A stretch of 64,000 bases of DNA from Patescibacteria group bacterium (GCA_041662585.1 JBAZSG010000005.1:4181-68180), one strand, 5' to 3'. Positions 41,940 to 53,100 are shown, numbered from the stretch's first letter. The notes: a model not told the origin generated them from the sequence alone. A program made the numbers and translations.

Positions 41940-42809
41940 ATGGATGATTATAAACCAATTAGTCAAAAAGAATTAGAAAGAGGGTATTTTATAGTTACCC
42001 ACCGTTTATTGATAAATAAAATAGTTTTTGGCTTGGTTATTTTTATTTTAATTATTTTGTATGGAGCATTAATAGTTATGACCTTTAATTATTTTAGAGG
42101 GCCGAGTTTTAATGCTTCAGCACTAGCTATACAAAACAATACTTTTGATTGGTCTACTTATCATAATTCTCGGGCTCCAGAAGAAATAACTATATCAAAA
42201 CCAGAGTTTACATCATTAGGTGATAGACGATACAATATTACTGCTTTGGTAGAAAATAAAAATAAAAATTGGGCTGTCAAAAGTATGGATTATCATTTTG
42301 TTTCTCAGGGAGAAAGTACACCCTCTAAGACTGCTTTTATAAATCCAGATGATAAAAGATTATTGGCTTTGACGGCTTATCAATCAGATATAGCTATTAG
42401 AAATCCAGAGCTTGTAGTTTCCAATTTAGAATGGTACCGTATAGATGATACTTTTCCAGTTATCAATATAGATATTTCAAATATTGTCTTTCACGCTGCT
42501 TCTAGAGAAACCGTTGATGGTGTGACTAGTGATTTGCCAGCTAGAGTATCATGGCAGGCTTATAATGATTCGGTTTATAATTTTTGGGAAATAGATTGGC
42601 AAGTAGCTCTATACAATGGTGATAAATTGGTAGCTATCAATGAATTAAAATCTAAAGATTTTTTGGCTTTAGAAAATAGGGAATTAGAAACAGTTTGGTT
42701 GAATAGTTTACCAAGGGTTACTAGAAGCAATATATTTCCACTGCTTAATAAGTTGGACAAAAGTATCTTCAAAGATATTTATGTAACTCCAAAAGTTGAA
42801 AATAGATAA
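41940..42809 (+). CDS. Hypothetical single-TM protein with extracellular beta domains
   Basis: TM near N-terminus; directly upstream of rodA. Confidence 0.7.
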   Translation: MDDYKPISQKELERGYFIVTHRLLINKIVFGLVIFILIILYGALIVMTFNYFRGPSFNASALAIQNNTFDWSTYHNSRAPEEITISKPEFTSLGDRRYNITALVENKNKNWAVKSMDYHFVSQGESTPSKTAFINPDDKRLLALTAYQSDIAIRNPELVVSNLEWYRIDDTFPVINIDISNIVFHAASRETVDGVTSDLPARVSWQAYNDSVYNFWEIDWQVALYNGDKLVAINELKSKDFLALENRELETVWLNSLPRVTRSNIFPLLNKLDKSIFKDIYVTPKVENR

Positions 42810-42814
42810 GTAGT

Positions 42815-43909
42815 ATGACAAATTTTTTTGCCAAGTGGCAAAAAATAGATTGGCTTTTATTTTTTGCAATAGTTATTTTACTGGTGCTTGGCACCAGTAT
42901 TTTGTATAGCCTTAGTCTCAATACCGATACTAGCAATTTTTTGATTTTTAGAAAGCAAATATTTTTTGCCTTATCTGGAATTGGCCTTTTCTTTTTTGTA
43001 GCTAGTATTAATTATAATGTTTGGTTGACTTATGCCAAGCTTATTTTTATTATTTTTGTTTTGGTTTTAGTAGCAGTATTACTTTTTGGTACAGAGGTAA
43101 AAGGTACTACTGGCTGGATCAATTTGGGTATTTTTAATATTCAACCAGTTGAGTTTGCCAAAATTGCTTTGATCATTGCTTTAGCTCGGTATTTTTCACG
43201 CTATGCTGGTGAATTTTTTATGTTTAGGCACATTGTAAAATCTGGTCTTATAGCTTTTGCTTTTGTTGTTTTGGTCATGTTGCAACCAGATTTGGGTTCA
43301 GCCCTAGTACTTTTGGGTACTTGGCTGATAATTTTACTTTTTACCGGTATCTCAAAAAAGCATTTTTGGTGGTTGACAATAACATTTTTGATGACAGTGA
43401 TTGTAGCTTGGTTTTTTATTTTACAACCTTATCAACAATCTAGAATACTGACTTTTGTAGATCCGGGTCGTGATCCACAAGGGGATGGATACAATGTTAT
43501 ACAATCTATGGTAGCGGTTGGTTCGGGACAGTTTTTTGGTAGAGGTCTAGCTCTTGGTCCGCAAAGTAGTCTTCGTTTTTTACCAGAACCAGGTACTGAT
43601 TTTATATTTGCAGTTATTGCGGAAGACCTTGGACTTATTGGAGTGGCCTTGGTTTTGGGTTTGTTTACTTTTATATTTCATCGTTTATTTATGACTATGC
43701 GCAAAAGTCAGGATGATTTTGGCACTTATCTGGTACTGGGCATTGCATCGATGTTGCTAGTTCAATTATTTATAAATGTGGGTATGAATATGGGTATTTC
43801 ACCAGTTACGGGTATTCCTTTGCCACTGGTATCAGCTGGTGGTAGCTCAATGTGGGCCATTATGATTGCCTTGGGCATAGCGCAAAGCGTACATATGAGA
43901 AGTACTTAG
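42815..43909 (+). CDS. rodA: SEDS peptidoglycan glycosyltransferase RodA
   Basis: IQPVEFAK, QPDLG, YQQSRI, GYNVIQS, LPEPGTDFIF, TGIPLP. Confidence 0.92.
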   Translation: MTNFFAKWQKIDWLLFFAIVILLVLGTSILYSLSLNTDTSNFLIFRKQIFFALSGIGLFFFVASINYNVWLTYAKLIFIIFVLVLVAVLLFGTEVKGTTGWINLGIFNIQPVEFAKIALIIALARYFSRYAGEFFMFRHIVKSGLIAFAFVVLVMLQPDLGSALVLLGTWLIILLFTGISKKHFWWLTITFLMTVIVAWFFILQPYQQSRILTFVDPGRDPQGDGYNVIQSMVAVGSGQFFGRGLALGPQSSLRFLPEPGTDFIFAVIAEDLGLIGVALVLGLFTFIFHRLFMTMRKSQDDFGTYLVLGIASMLLVQLFINVGMNMGISPVTGIPLPLVSAGGSSMWAIMIALGIAQSVHMRST

Positions 43910-43977
43910 TATTCTTGACTTTATGGATATTTTGTGATTAAATATACGCATTGAATTTTTAATTTAAGTCTAAAATT

Positions 43978-44658
43978 ATGGCAGAATTTATATTAGAAGC
44001 AAATGAACGTAAAGCTGACAAACAAAGCCAGCTTACAGATATCAGAACAAGCAGCCGAGTACCTGGTATTATTTATGGTTTTTCTCAAAAACCAGTATCT
44101 ATAGATGTAGATTATAGAGAGTTACTCAAGGTATTAAAAGAAGCCGGTACTAGTAATATTATAAGTATTAAAGTAGGTACCAAAGAAATAAAAACTATTG
44201 TTCGTGAATATCAACAAAATCCAGTTAGTGATAAGATTACTCATGTTGATTTTATGGCTGTAGATGCCAAGAAAAAAGTTAATACTAAAGTTCCTTTGGA
44301 ATTTATTGGTGAGTCAACAGTCGTTCGTGAACAAGGTGGACAATTAAATAAAAAAGCGCTCACTGTCAATGTTACATGTCTACCAGCTGACCTACCAGCC
44401 AAGATTGAAATTGATATTTCTGTTTTAAAAGAACTTGGTCAAAAGTTGTTAATTAGAGATTTAAAAGTTGATGCCAAAGTAACTATTACCAACGATCCAA
44501 ATGATCCAGTGGTTAATGTAACTATGCCAAAGAAGATGCAGTTGAAAAGTTTGGCTGAAGAAGCTGCTGATACTGCTGCTGCCGAAGCTGCTACTGCCGC
44601 TGCCGAAGCTGCTACTACTACTGCTGAAGGTGAAGTAAAAACTGAAGAGAAAAAATAA
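43978..44658 (+). CDS. rplY: 50S ribosomal protein L25/Ctc
   Basis: RVPGIIYG, Q.NPVSDKITHVDF, LPADLPAKIEIDIS; Ala/Glu tail. Confidence 0.93.
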   Translation: MAEFILEANERKADKQSQLTDIRTSSRVPGIIYGFSQKPVSIDVDYRELLKVLKEAGTSNIISIKVGTKEIKTIVREYQQNPVSDKITHVDFMAVDAKKKVNTKVPLEFIGESTVVREQGGQLNKKALTVNVTCLPADLPAKIEIDISVLKELGQKLLIRDLKVDAKVTITNDPNDPVVNVTMPKKMQLKSLAEEAADTAAAEAATAAAEAATTTAEGEVKTEEKK

Positions 44659-44674
44659 TAAATATATTAAATTT

Positions 44675-45697
44675 TTGATGATGAGTCATCGTTCAAAAAT
44701 ATATCTTGCAATAACTGTCATTTTTGTGGCAGTTATTTTGCTTGGGATAGGGATTTTTAATTTTTTATCTCAAAACAAAAAGATTATAAAACCAGTTATA
44801 AATAATGATATAAAATCACCTATTGTATATCGACATATTTTAAATGGTTCTATTTTAGAAAATCCAGATCAAGAATTTTTTGCTATTGCTATAATGTTTG
44901 ACAATGCTTATGATGCTAGACCTCAGTATGGATTGGATAAGGCAGATATTGTTTATGAAGCACTGGCCGAAGGAAATATTACTAGACTTTTGGGTATTTT
45001 TGATAGCCGACAAAATATAGATAAGATTGGGTCAGTTCGTTCAGCTCGTCCGTATTTTATGGACTGGGCAGATGAGTATGCTGGTATTTATATGCATGTT
45101 GGAGGATCTCCTGATGCTTTGGCCAATATCAATAATTATAGTTTTTATAATATTGATCAAATAGGAGTCGGTGAAATATATTTTTGGCGTGACAACAATT
45201 TGGATGCTCCTCACAATGTATTTACCTCATCTTCAAATTGGCTCAGAGTAGGGGAAATAAAAGAGATTTCTAAGATCAATACAAATATAAATTGGAATTT
45301 TGTAGAAAGCGAAGACAATTTGGGCATTGATTTTTCATTGGATTACAATGAACCTTATAAAGTGGATTGGAAGTACAGTGATCAGTTACAAGCTTATTTA
45401 CGCTGGCAAGGAGATAATAAATTTATTTACAATACTGGTGAGCAAGTTAGAGCTGCTAATGTCATTGTCCAAATAGTTGATTCTAAAATTATTGATGAAA
45501 AAGTAAGAAGAAAAATGAATACCCAAGAAGGTGGTCAAGCTTTTGTATTTAATAAAATTGGTAGACAAGACGGAACTTGGGAAGTGGTAGATGGTCGTAC
45601 TAGATTTTTTGACGCAGAAAAAAACGAGCTAAAGCTCGTGGCTGGTCAAACTTGGGTCCAGGTCATACCGACAGAGGAGTATTTAATTACTGAGTAA
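44675..45697 (+). CDS. DUF3048-family protein
   Basis: DN...ARPQ.GL..ADIVYE..AEG.ITR, VRSARPY, HVGG, APHN. Confidence 0.88.
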   Translation: MMMSHRSKIYLAITVIFVAVILLGIGIFNFLSQNKKIIKPVINNDIKSPIVYRHILNGSILENPDQEFFAIAIMFDNAYDARPQYGLDKADIVYEALAEGNITRLLGIFDSRQNIDKIGSVRSARPYFMDWADEYAGIYMHVGGSPDALANINNYSFYNIDQIGVGEIYFWRDNNLDAPHNVFTSSSNWLRVGEIKEISKINTNINWNFVESEDNLGIDFSLDYNEPYKVDWKYSDQLQAYLRWQGDNKFIYNTGEQVRAANVIVQIVDSKIIDEKVRRKMNTQEGGQAFVFNKIGRQDGTWEVVDGRTRFFDAEKNELKLVAGQTWVQVIPTEEYLITE

Positions 45698-46532
45698 TTT
45701 TAACTACGCGAATATTATTGGCCAAGTCTTTTACAAAATTTATTCTAGCTTTAGGGAGATTTTTTAAAGTCTCTTTTTTTATTTGTTCAACTTGCTGGGG
45801 ATCAATTTCCAATAATATTAAATATTGCTTGTTTAAATATTTTGGTATTTGTTTTAAAAGTTTTTTATAATGGTCCAAGCCATCTTTACTAGAAAATAAA
45901 GCAGTCTTAGGTTCTTTTTTAATAGAAGGCTCTTTCATTTGACTAGCAGTAAGATATGGAAGATTGGCTATTACTATATCAAATTTAGTTTCAACATTAT
46001 TTAATAAATTTGATTTTATAAATTTAACTTTATTTTTTAAGTGTAATTTACGAGCATTACTCTTGGCAACTTTTAAAGCTTTAGTAGAAATATCACAAGC
46101 AGTATAATGAGCTTGGCATTTATTATTTTTGGCTATAGATAATATCAAAGCACCAGAACCAGTACCAATGTCTATTATATTTTGATTTTTGCCAGCTGGC
46201 GAATTTATAAATTTTAAAGCCTCTTCTAACAATATTTCGCTGTCAGGACGAGGAATCAAAGTGTGTTTGTTTACCAAAAAATTTAGATTAAAAAATTCTT
46301 TAGAGCCCTTGAGATAAGCTAGTGAATAATTGGCCAATCTTTTATTTAATAGTTTTTTAAAAGCAAGTATATTAGAGCGGTTTAGTTTTTTATCAGGATT
46401 TTTGTATATATAGGCTATATTTTTGTGCAAAGCCAAAGCCATTAGCTGATCTATTTCAGCAATTTCTAATTTATCTTTATATTTTAAGATTAAATTTTTT
46501 AGGCTTGTTTTTGTGCTTTGGCCACTTCCCAT
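45687..46532 (-). CDS. prmC: Release factor glutamine methyltransferase
   Basis: [24 protein letters not shown]; follows prfA. Confidence 0.93.
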   Translation of the reverse strand: MGSGQSTKTSLKNLILKYKDKLEIAEIDQLMALALHKNIAYIYKNPDKKLNRSNILAFKKLLNKRLANYSLAYLKGSKEFFNLNFLVNKHTLIPRPDSEILLEEALKFINSPAGKNQNIIDIGTGSGALILSIAKNNKCQAHYTACDISTKALKVAKSNARKLHLKNKVKFIKSNLLNNVETKFDIVIANLPYLTASQMKEPSIKKEPKTALFSSKDGLDHYKKLLKQIPKYLNKQYLILLEIDPQQVEQIKKETLKNLPKARINFVKDLANNIRVVKITQ

Positions 46533-47557
46533 AGAGGTTTTATTATTGGCATTAGATCACCATCAAGTATTTTATCCAAATTGTGCAAAGATAATTTGAT
46601 GCGATGATCGGTCATTCTGTCTTGGGGAAAGTTGTAGGTACGTATTTTTTCTGATCTATCACCACTGCCAATTTGGCTTTTTCTTTCAGCTGCATTTTTG
46701 GCATTATTATCTGCTTCTATTTTGGCCAGTATTCTAGAACGCAAAATAGTCATAGCTTTTTCTTTGTTTTGTCCTTGTGATTTTTCATCTTGGCAAGAAA
46801 CCACAGTATTGGTGGGTAAGTGAGTAATACGCACGGCAGAGTAAGTAGTATTTACTGATTGGCCACCATTGCCAGAAGAACAAAAAGTATCAATACGAAG
46901 ATCTTTGGGCTCTATTTTGAGATCAACTTCTACTGCTTCTGGCATCACAGCCACTGATGCAGCACTAGTGTGAACTCTGCCAGCTTTTTCGGTTTCTGGT
47001 ACACGTTGGACACGATGGACACCACTTTCGTATTTAAAATATTTATAAACATTATCACCGTCAACTTTTGCAATGATTTCTTTGAAGCCTCCAATCTCAG
47101 TACGGTGAGAAGACATTATTTTTATTTTAAAATTCATTTCTTCAGCAAAACGTGAATACATACGGAAAAGCTCAGCAGCAAAAAGAGCAGATTCGTCACC
47201 ACCTGTACCAGCTCGGATTTCCAAGATTATATTTTTTTTGTCATTGGGGTCATCTGGATTTATCAATTCTTCAAATTTTTCTTCGTTTTCATTTATTCTT
47301 TGTTCCAAAATATTTATTTCTTCTTGAGTCATAGCTATCATCTCATCATCAGTTTCTGTTGCTATGGATTCTTCAAGACTGGCCAGATCATGAGAGTCTT
47401 TGTTGATGATTTCAGCCAAAGCTAAAATTATCTTGATTTCATTGTATTCTTTACCAAGACGAGACATCTGGCTAGCATCAGAGACTATGTCTGATTTTTG
47501 CATTTGAGCTTCTAGCTGATCTGATTTTTGTTTGTATTCGGTTATGTTTATTTTCAT
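46499..47557 (-). CDS. prfA: Peptide chain release factor 1
   Basis: [17 protein letters not shown] (PxT), GGQ, RTYNFPQ. Confidence 0.97.
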   Translation of the reverse strand: MKINITEYKQKSDQLEAQMQKSDIVSDASQMSRLGKEYNEIKIILALAEIINKDSHDLASLEESIATETDDEMIAMTQEEINILEQRINENEEKFEELINPDDPNDKKNIILEIRAGTGGDESALFAAELFRMYSRFAEEMNFKIKIMSSHRTEIGGFKEIIAKVDGDNVYKYFKYESGVHRVQRVPETEKAGRVHTSAASVAVMPEAVEVDLKIEPKDLRIDTFCSSGNGGQSVNTTYSAVRITHLPTNTVVSCQDEKSQGQNKEKAMTILRSRILAKIEADNNAKNAAERKSQIGSGDRSEKIRTYNFPQDRMTDHRIKLSLHNLDKILDGDLMPIIKPLWEVAKAQKQA

Positions 47558-47580
47558 ATCACTATTATTATAATCTATTA

Positions 47581-47609
47581 TCGCCCAGAGGGCGACCCCG
47601 CTTTGCGGG
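47581..47609. repeat. Double-hairpin palindromic element
   Basis: TCGCCC-AGA-GGGCGA-C-CCCGC-TTT-GCGGG; relatives at 53115 and 60485. Confidence 0.75.
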
Positions 47610-47614
47610 TTAAC

Positions 47615-47649
47615 AAAAAAGCTCCTATAAATCTAAAGAGAGCTTTTTT
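47615..47649 (-). terminator. Terminator after rpmE
   Basis: AAAAAAGCTC...GAGCTTTTTT. Confidence 0.6.
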
Positions 47650-47666
47650 GTAAAAGTTTGCTTATG

Positions 47667-48023
47667 TTATTTTTTTGTAGCTTTGGTTTTTGCCTTTACA
47701 GTACTTGGTTTGGAATTTTCTTTGATTTCAGCTTTAATTTTGGCTTTTTCTTTGGCTAGTTTTCTTTCACCGGCCTTGGCTTTTTTGACTGCCTTACCTT
47801 TTCTTACTTTAGAAACTTTGGCTTTTTGTTCAGTCAGTTTCTTGAATCTATCTACACGACCAGCTGTATCAACCAATCTTTCTTTTCCACTATAAAAAGG
47901 ATGGCAGTTTGAGCAAATTTCAACGTGGATTTCTTTAACTGTAGAACCTACAGAAAATTTATTACCACAAGCACAAACTACTTTGGCGTCAGCATAATAA
48001 GTTGGATGAATGTCTTTTTTCAT
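47667..48023 (-). CDS. rpmE: 50S ribosomal protein L31 (Zn-binding) with Lys-rich tail
   Basis: [25 protein letters not shown]. Confidence 0.96.
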   Translation of the reverse strand: MKKDIHPTYYADAKVVCACGNKFSVGSTVKEIHVEICSNCHPFYSGKERLVDTAGRVDRFKKLTEQKAKVSKVRKGKAVKKAKAGERKLAKEKAKIKAEIKENSKPSTVKAKTKATKK

Positions 48024-48431
48024 AATATTTTATAATTTTTAGGTCTGGGATTTAATCCACCGACTAAATTAATACCCCAACAGAATAACAGCTTAAGCGT
48101 AAAATGTCAATAGTAGGCATGAAAAATAAATATTATATTATCCCTAGCTAAGGATTTTTATTATTTTTTGTTGGGTTTCTTGTATAGTTTGTTGATTATT
48201 AAGCCATTGTTTAGACAAGGCATTGTCTTTATTGTTTTGTGGGGGAATAAAATTTTTATATATTTTTAGTTCTTTATTTTTTATAATCTTATTTACTATG
48301 TTGATTTTTTCTAAGGGCTCAGCATTTTTAAGTTTGCTTATAAATTTTTTATCCACTTTTGATTGCCAATTTTTTATGTCAATTTTTGGCAAAGTTTTTA
48401 ATAGCACCTTTATTTTACAAGACGCTTAAAT

Positions 48432-48659
48432 GTGTTACAATTTTACTATGAAAAAAAAGTTGAAAAAATTTTTAGCCAAAGTTCTAAAGCTGGTTTATTA
48501 TTGATTGATGCAGATAACAAAAACATAAAAGATATAAAGAAAGAAATACGCGATGCTATTTCTGTAAAAATGCAAAACTATTTTTTTGATAATATTATAC
48601 ATTTTATGGATAATAGAGAGTTTGGTAGAGAATTTTTAAAAAAGTATAGTTCTAAGTAG
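48432..48659 (+). CDS. Hypothetical protein or gene remnant
   Basis: Short ORF just before NUDIX gene; no recognised motif. Confidence 0.3.
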   Translation: MLQFYYEKKVEKIFSQSSKAGLLLIDADNKNIKDIKKEIRDAISVKMQNYFFDNIIHFMDNREFGREFLKKYSSK

Positions 48660-48675
48660 TTAAAATATATATATT

Positions 48676-49107
48676 ATGGAAAATGTAAAATTAAATATTG
48701 CAGTGCATGTGTTTTTGAATAAAGATAATAAATTGTTACTTTTGAAAAGAAAAAACACTAAAGTATTTGACAATATGTGGTCTGTACCATCTGGTAGATT
48801 GAATTCAGGAGAGGGTATTTTGAAAGCAATTATTAGAGAAATAAAGGAAGAAGTTGGAGTTGATATCAAAGTAGAAGATTTGTCAGAGCCTTTATTTATG
48901 CATCACAAAGACGAAAGAGGAGAGCGTGTTTATGTATTTTTTATTTGTCACAATTGGCAAGGCGAGCCAGAAAATTTGGAAAAAGATAAATGTGAGAAAA
49001 TTGAATGGTTTAATATTGAACATTTTCCAAAAGACTTGTTACCACACATTAAGGAGGCTTGGTTACAAATGCAAAATAAAAAAATATATATTGAATATGG
49101 TTTTTAA
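48676..49107 (+). CDS. NUDIX hydrolase
   Basis: PSGRLNSGE....AIIREIKEEVG Nudix box; EPENLEKDKC. Confidence 0.9.
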   Translation: MENVKLNIAVHVFLNKDNKLLLLKRKNTKVFDNMWSVPSGRLNSGEGILKAIIREIKEEVGVDIKVEDLSEPLFMHHKDERGERVYVFFICHNWQGEPENLEKDKCEKIEWFNIEHFPKDLLPHIKEAWLQMQNKKIYIEYGF

Positions 49108-49110
49108 AAT

Positions 49111-49290
49111 ATGAAAGTTTTTTTTGATTAGATATGTTGAGACTAAATAGAATTTGAAAAACTATATTACAGATGATAATAAAGATTTTTCTTTATCAGA
49201 GCTTGGTATCAATACAGCCAATAAATTAAAAATTTTTTTTGGATAAGTATAAAATAGATAGTATATATAGCGCTCCTCGCCGTTGTTTTT
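49111..49290 (+). pseudogene. Histidine phosphatase (phosphoglycerate mutase family) remnant
   Basis: After a frameshift in the T-run: MKVFLIRYVETK*NL...LSELGINTA..L...KIDSIYSAPRRC; RHG motif lost, internal TAG, truncated. Confidence 0.7.
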
Positions 49291-49436
49291 CAAATGACTG
49301 TTCGGCCCCAGATGCGCACAAAATGCGTGTCTGGGGTCTTCTTAATATATAAAACCCTTGATTTATTTCAAATTTTGTGTTAGAGTATTGCTACTTAATT
49401 AATCACAACTATTTTCTATATTATTTAGTTTACCTT

Positions 49437-49462
49437 CCATCCGAAGCCTTGGCGAAGGATGG
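49437..49462. repeat. REP-like palindrome in rpsB leader
   Basis: CCATCCGAAGCCTTGGCGAAGGATGG; related to 35571-35596. Confidence 0.6.
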
Positions 49463-49521
49463 CTGCTAAATAGGGAAATAGGGGTAAACTCATTTAAAAA
49501 TGAGTTAAAGAAAGGAAAAAT

Positions 49522-50202
49522 ATGAATTTACCAACACTTGAAGAGTTGTTGAAAAAAGGTGTCCATTTTGGTCATAAGACCTCAAAAAGATACCCAAAAG
49601 CCAACTCTTACATTCACACTCAACGCAACGGTGTTCACATTATTGATTTACAAAAGACAGTTAAAGCTTTGGAAATTGCTTTGGCCTTTGTAGACAAGAC
49701 TGTAAAAGCTGGTGGCGTTATTTTATTTGTCGGTTCAAAAAAACAAGCCAAAGACATTGTAAAAGAAGCTGCATTAAGTTGTGGCATGCCGTATATAGTA
49801 GGTCGTTGGTTGGGTGGTACTTTTACCAATTTTGAAAATATTGTTAAATTGACAAAAAAATTGGAAAGACTAGAAAGAGAAGAAGAGGATGGTACCTGGG
49901 AAATGTATACCAAAAAAGAGCAAGTTACTTTCAAAAAAGAACTTAACAAACTCTTGGATAATGTAGGTGGTATAAAAAATATGAAAAATTTGCCAAAGGC
50001 GATTTTTGTAGTAGATCTTAAAAAAGAAGGTACAGCTGTAGCTGAGGCCAATAAGATGGGTATTCCAGTCATTGCTTTGGCTGATACCAATGTCAACCCA
50101 GAATTAGCTACTTATCCAATCCCAGCCAATGATGACGCTATTAAATCAATTGAGGTCATCACTGATTTGATTGCTGAGGCAGTCAGAAACGCACGTAGTT
50201 AA
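49522..50202 (+). CDS. rpsB: 30S ribosomal protein S2
   Basis: GVHFGH, HIIDL, RWLGGTFTN, DTN, PANDDAIKS. Confidence 0.98.
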   Translation: MNLPTLEELLKKGVHFGHKTSKRYPKANSYIHTQRNGVHIIDLQKTVKALEIALAFVDKTVKAGGVILFVGSKKQAKDIVKEAALSCGMPYIVGRWLGGTFTNFENIVKLTKKLERLEREEEDGTWEMYTKKEQVTFKKELNKLLDNVGGIKNMKNLPKAIFVVDLKKEGTAVAEANKMGIPVIALADTNVNPELATYPIPANDDAIKSIEVITDLIAEAVRNARS

Positions 50203-50239
50203 TTATATTTTAAATATTAGAGAGTAAACAAATAAAAAA

Positions 50240-51010
50240 ATGTCATTAGAATTGATCAAAGAAATTAGACAAATCACCGGTGCTGGTATAAGTGATGTAA
50301 AAAAAGCATTGGATGAAGCTGGTGATAGAGAAAAAGCAATTGAAATACTTCGCAAAAGAGGTCAAAAAATTGCTGCTAAAAAAGCAGACAGAGAAGTAAA
50401 AGAAGGCGTGATTGCTTTTAGCAAGCAAGGCAATAAAGTAGCTGTAGTAGCACTAGCCTGCGAAACAGATTTTGTGGCCAAAAACGAAGATTTTCAAACC
50501 GCTGTTGGTGAATTGGCCAACAAATTGATGGAAATGGGTAAAACTGATTTTGAGTCTTGGGCTACCAAATTTATACAAGATGAACTTATAGTAAAAATTG
50601 GTGAAAATTTAGTTTTAACAAATTTTGATATTTTTGTAGGTGAAGTAGTGGGTACTTATTTGCATTCAAATAATAAAGTAGCTTCTGTTGTAGTATTAAA
50701 GGGTGGTAGTGAAAGTCTAGCCAAAGACATTGCCATGCATGCTACGGCTATGGCTCCTAAGTATTTAAAGCCAGAAGATGTCCCAGCTGAAATAGTGGCC
50801 AAAGAAAAAGAAATCTATACCGAACAACTTCAAAAAGAAGGTAAGCCAAAAGAGGTGCTTGCTAAAATATTAGAAGGTAAAGTAAATAAGTTTTATACTG
50901 ATGTATGTCTTCTAAAACAAGCCTATATCAAAGATGATAAAAAATCTATTGAGAAATTATTGGAAGAAAATAAAGCCACTATAGAAAAATTTCAGTATTA
51001 TTCATTATAA
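50240..51010 (+). CDS. tsf: Elongation factor Ts
   Basis: IKEIRQITGAG, CETDFVA, IGEN, AMHATAM. Confidence 0.97.
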   Translation: MSLELIKEIRQITGAGISDVKKALDEAGDREKAIEILRKRGQKIAAKKADREVKEGVIAFSKQGNKVAVVALACETDFVAKNEDFQTAVGELANKLMEMGKTDFESWATKFIQDELIVKIGENLVLTNFDIFVGEVVGTYLHSNNKVASVVVLKGGSESLAKDIAMHATAMAPKYLKPEDVPAEIVAKEKEIYTEQLQKEGKPKEVLAKILEGKVNKFYTDVCLLKQAYIKDDKKSIEKLLEENKATIEKFQYYSL

Positions 51011-51012
51011 TC

Positions 51013-51039
51013 AAAACCCCCTAAGTTAAGGGGGTTTTT
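51013..51039 (+). terminator. Bidirectional intrinsic terminator
   Basis: AAAACCCCCT-AAGTTA-AGGGGGTTTTT. Confidence 0.8.
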
Positions 51040-51105
51040 ATTTTACTTAAAATAAGAAGAGGCATGCAAATCGTGCTTGAATACCTCTTCGAAGATGTAA
51101 AGATG

Positions 51106-51294
51106 TTAGGATATATATACATTGCCATCTTTTTTGAAAAGAAACCCCGTGTCACAGAGTCTAGTTATCTCATTGTAGACATGTCCAAATCCCATGTCTG
51201 TTTCTGACGCTATTTTCCAAGCCAATTCATAAGGACACACGAGATTATTTCCTAAACGTTTTTTGAATTCTTCCTTGAATTCATTATCGTTCAT
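51106..51294 (-). CDS. Small hypothetical protein, possible winged helix
   Basis: SD GAAAGGA; YELAWKIA...HVYNEITRLCDTGFLFKKDGNVY. Confidence 0.5.
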   Translation of the reverse strand: MNDNEFKEEFKKRLGNNLVCPYELAWKIASETDMGFGHVYNEITRLCDTGFLFKKDGNVYIS

Positions 51295-51446
51295 TTTACA
51301 TCCTTTCATTGAAGGAATTATTATAAGAACGTTATTTAAAATTACTATTATAGTATTACTAAATGATGTTGGTTTGTCAATTTTAAGTATCTTGCTAATT
51401 TAACAACAATTTGACATAATTAGGATAAGATTTTTAAAACAAAACA

Positions 51447-52163
51447 ATGAATAAAAAGCGTATAGTTATAAAACTATCTGGAGAAGTATTTGAAGTTGGC
51501 AATCAAGAGGCTAATCTTGATTTTCCCAGTATTAAAAAAGTAGCTATTAGTTTAAAAAAACTGGTTAAAGCAGGTTATCAAGTAGGTGTAGTAGTGGGAG
51601 CTGGCAATATATTTCGAGCTCGGATGATCAAAGGTTCTGAGATTGATAGAGTGGCTGCTGATCATATGGGTATGATGGCTACTTCTATCAATGCTTTGGC
51701 CTTACAAGCCACTCTGGAAAAAGAGGGTCAAGATGCTAGAGTATTATCTTCTTTTTCTATTCCAGCCATTATGGAGGATTATATTTATAAACGAGCCATT
51801 AATCATTTGAAAAACAAGCGTATAGTCATTTTTGCTGGGGGAACTGGTAATCCATATTTTACTACTGACACTACTTTAGTTCTTCGCGCACTGGAAATAG
51901 GGGCCAATAATATCTATAAAGCCAGCAATGTTAATGGTGTTTATGATATGGATCCTGATAAAAACAAATCAGCCAAATTATACAAAAAATTAAGCTATAG
52001 TGAAGCTTTGAAACAAGATCTTAAAATAATGGATGGTACAGCTTTTGCTCTAGCCAGAGAAAATAATTTACACTTAAGTGTTTTTAAATATAGTCCAGCC
52101 AATATTATAAAAGCAGTTGTTGGCAATAGCATTGGTACCAAAATTTCTAATGAAAGTCGTTAA
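51447..52163 (+). CDS. pyrH: Uridylate kinase
   Basis: IKLSGE, GAGNIFR, DHMGMMAT, GTGNPYFTTDT. Confidence 0.96.
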   Translation: MNKKRIVIKLSGEVFEVGNQEANLDFPSIKKVAISLKKLVKAGYQVGVVVGAGNIFRARMIKGSEIDRVAADHMGMMATSINALALQATLEKEGQDARVLSSFSIPAIMEDYIYKRAINHLKNKRIVIFAGGTGNPYFTTDTTLVLRALEIGANNIYKASNVNGVYDMDPDKNKSAKLYKKLSYSEALKQDLKIMDGTAFALARENNLHLSVFKYSPANIIKAVVGNSIGTKISNESR

Positions 52164-53031
52164 AGTACAATTTCATAAATTAGATAAAGAATATTTTTTT
52201 CTACCAGAATTTACTGAAACACCAGGTCTTGATATCAAGATTGGCGATAGCGTTGTAGTTGAGACATCTTTGGGTCAAGATGTGGGAAGGATTACTGCTT
52301 GGACAGAATGGGAATCTCCAAAAGCCATTGAAAAAAATAATTCAGAAAAAAACAATACTGAGTTTATTCAAGAAAATATTTCTGATGTCAAAGCAATGCT
52401 TAGACCACTCCAAGAAGAAGATCTAGATATATTAAGAGTGCAAAAAAAAGAAGGAGTAAAAAAATTTTTGGAGTGTAAAAAATTGATAGACAAATATGAA
52501 CTCAAATCCATGAAGCTGATTGATATGGCTGAGTCATATGATAACAAACGGATTACTTTTTATTTTATAGCAGATTCTAGAGTTGATTTTAGGGATTTGA
52601 TAAAAGAATTGGTACAAAAATATCACAAAAAAATTCGTTTACAACAAGTAGGTGTGCGTGATGCAGTAAAAGTCAGTGGTGATATTGGTTCTTGTGGTAT
52701 GCCTTTGTGTTGTAAAGCATGGCTTAGTACCATTGGCAGTGTTACACCTGATAGTATCAAAAATCAAGAACTTAGTCATCGAGGACCAGATAGACTGAGT
52801 GGACCTTGTGGACGACTCAAATGTTGTTTACGTTTTGAAGAAGAGGCTTATAAGTACAGTAGAGAAAATATGCCCAAAGAAGGTGATTTTATAAAAACAG
52901 CTGCTGGATTGGCCAAGGTTGTGGCAGTCCATCCTATAAAACAAACAGTTAATTTGGATATAGATGGTAATATAGTAGAATATCCGTATTTGGAAGGTAA
53001 GCTGTGTGAAAAAAATGAAGAATGTAAATAA
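52150..53031 (+). CDS. PSP1/RicT (YaaT) family protein
   Basis: RVDFRDL, RLQQVGVRD, GSCGMPLCC, LSGPCGRLKCCLRFE. Confidence 0.9.
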   Translation: MKVVKVQFHKLDKEYFFLPEFTETPGLDIKIGDSVVVETSLGQDVGRITAWTEWESPKAIEKNNSEKNNTEFIQENISDVKAMLRPLQEEDLDILRVQKKEGVKKFLECKKLIDKYELKSMKLIDMAESYDNKRITFYFIADSRVDFRDLIKELVQKYHKKIRLQQVGVRDAVKVSGDIGSCGMPLCCKAWLSTIGSVTPDSIKNQELSHRGPDRLSGPCGRLKCCLRFEEEAYKYSRENMPKEGDFIKTAAGLAKVVAVHPIKQTVNLDIDGNIVEYPYLEGKLCEKNEECK

Positions 53032-53061
53032 AAACAGCTCTTCGCAGGGGGCTGTTTTTTT
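53031..53061 (+). terminator. Intrinsic terminator
   Basis: AAAACAGCTCT...GGGGCTGTTTTTTT. Confidence 0.7.
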
Positions 53062-53100
53062 GGTATAATGTTAATGTAATAAATCAAAAAATAAAATAAT

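Noticed and set aside
48144-48429. Overlapping 87-aa and 68-aa ORFs
   Set aside because: Low-complexity AT-rich frames with no recognisable motif; cannot tell which, if either, is real.
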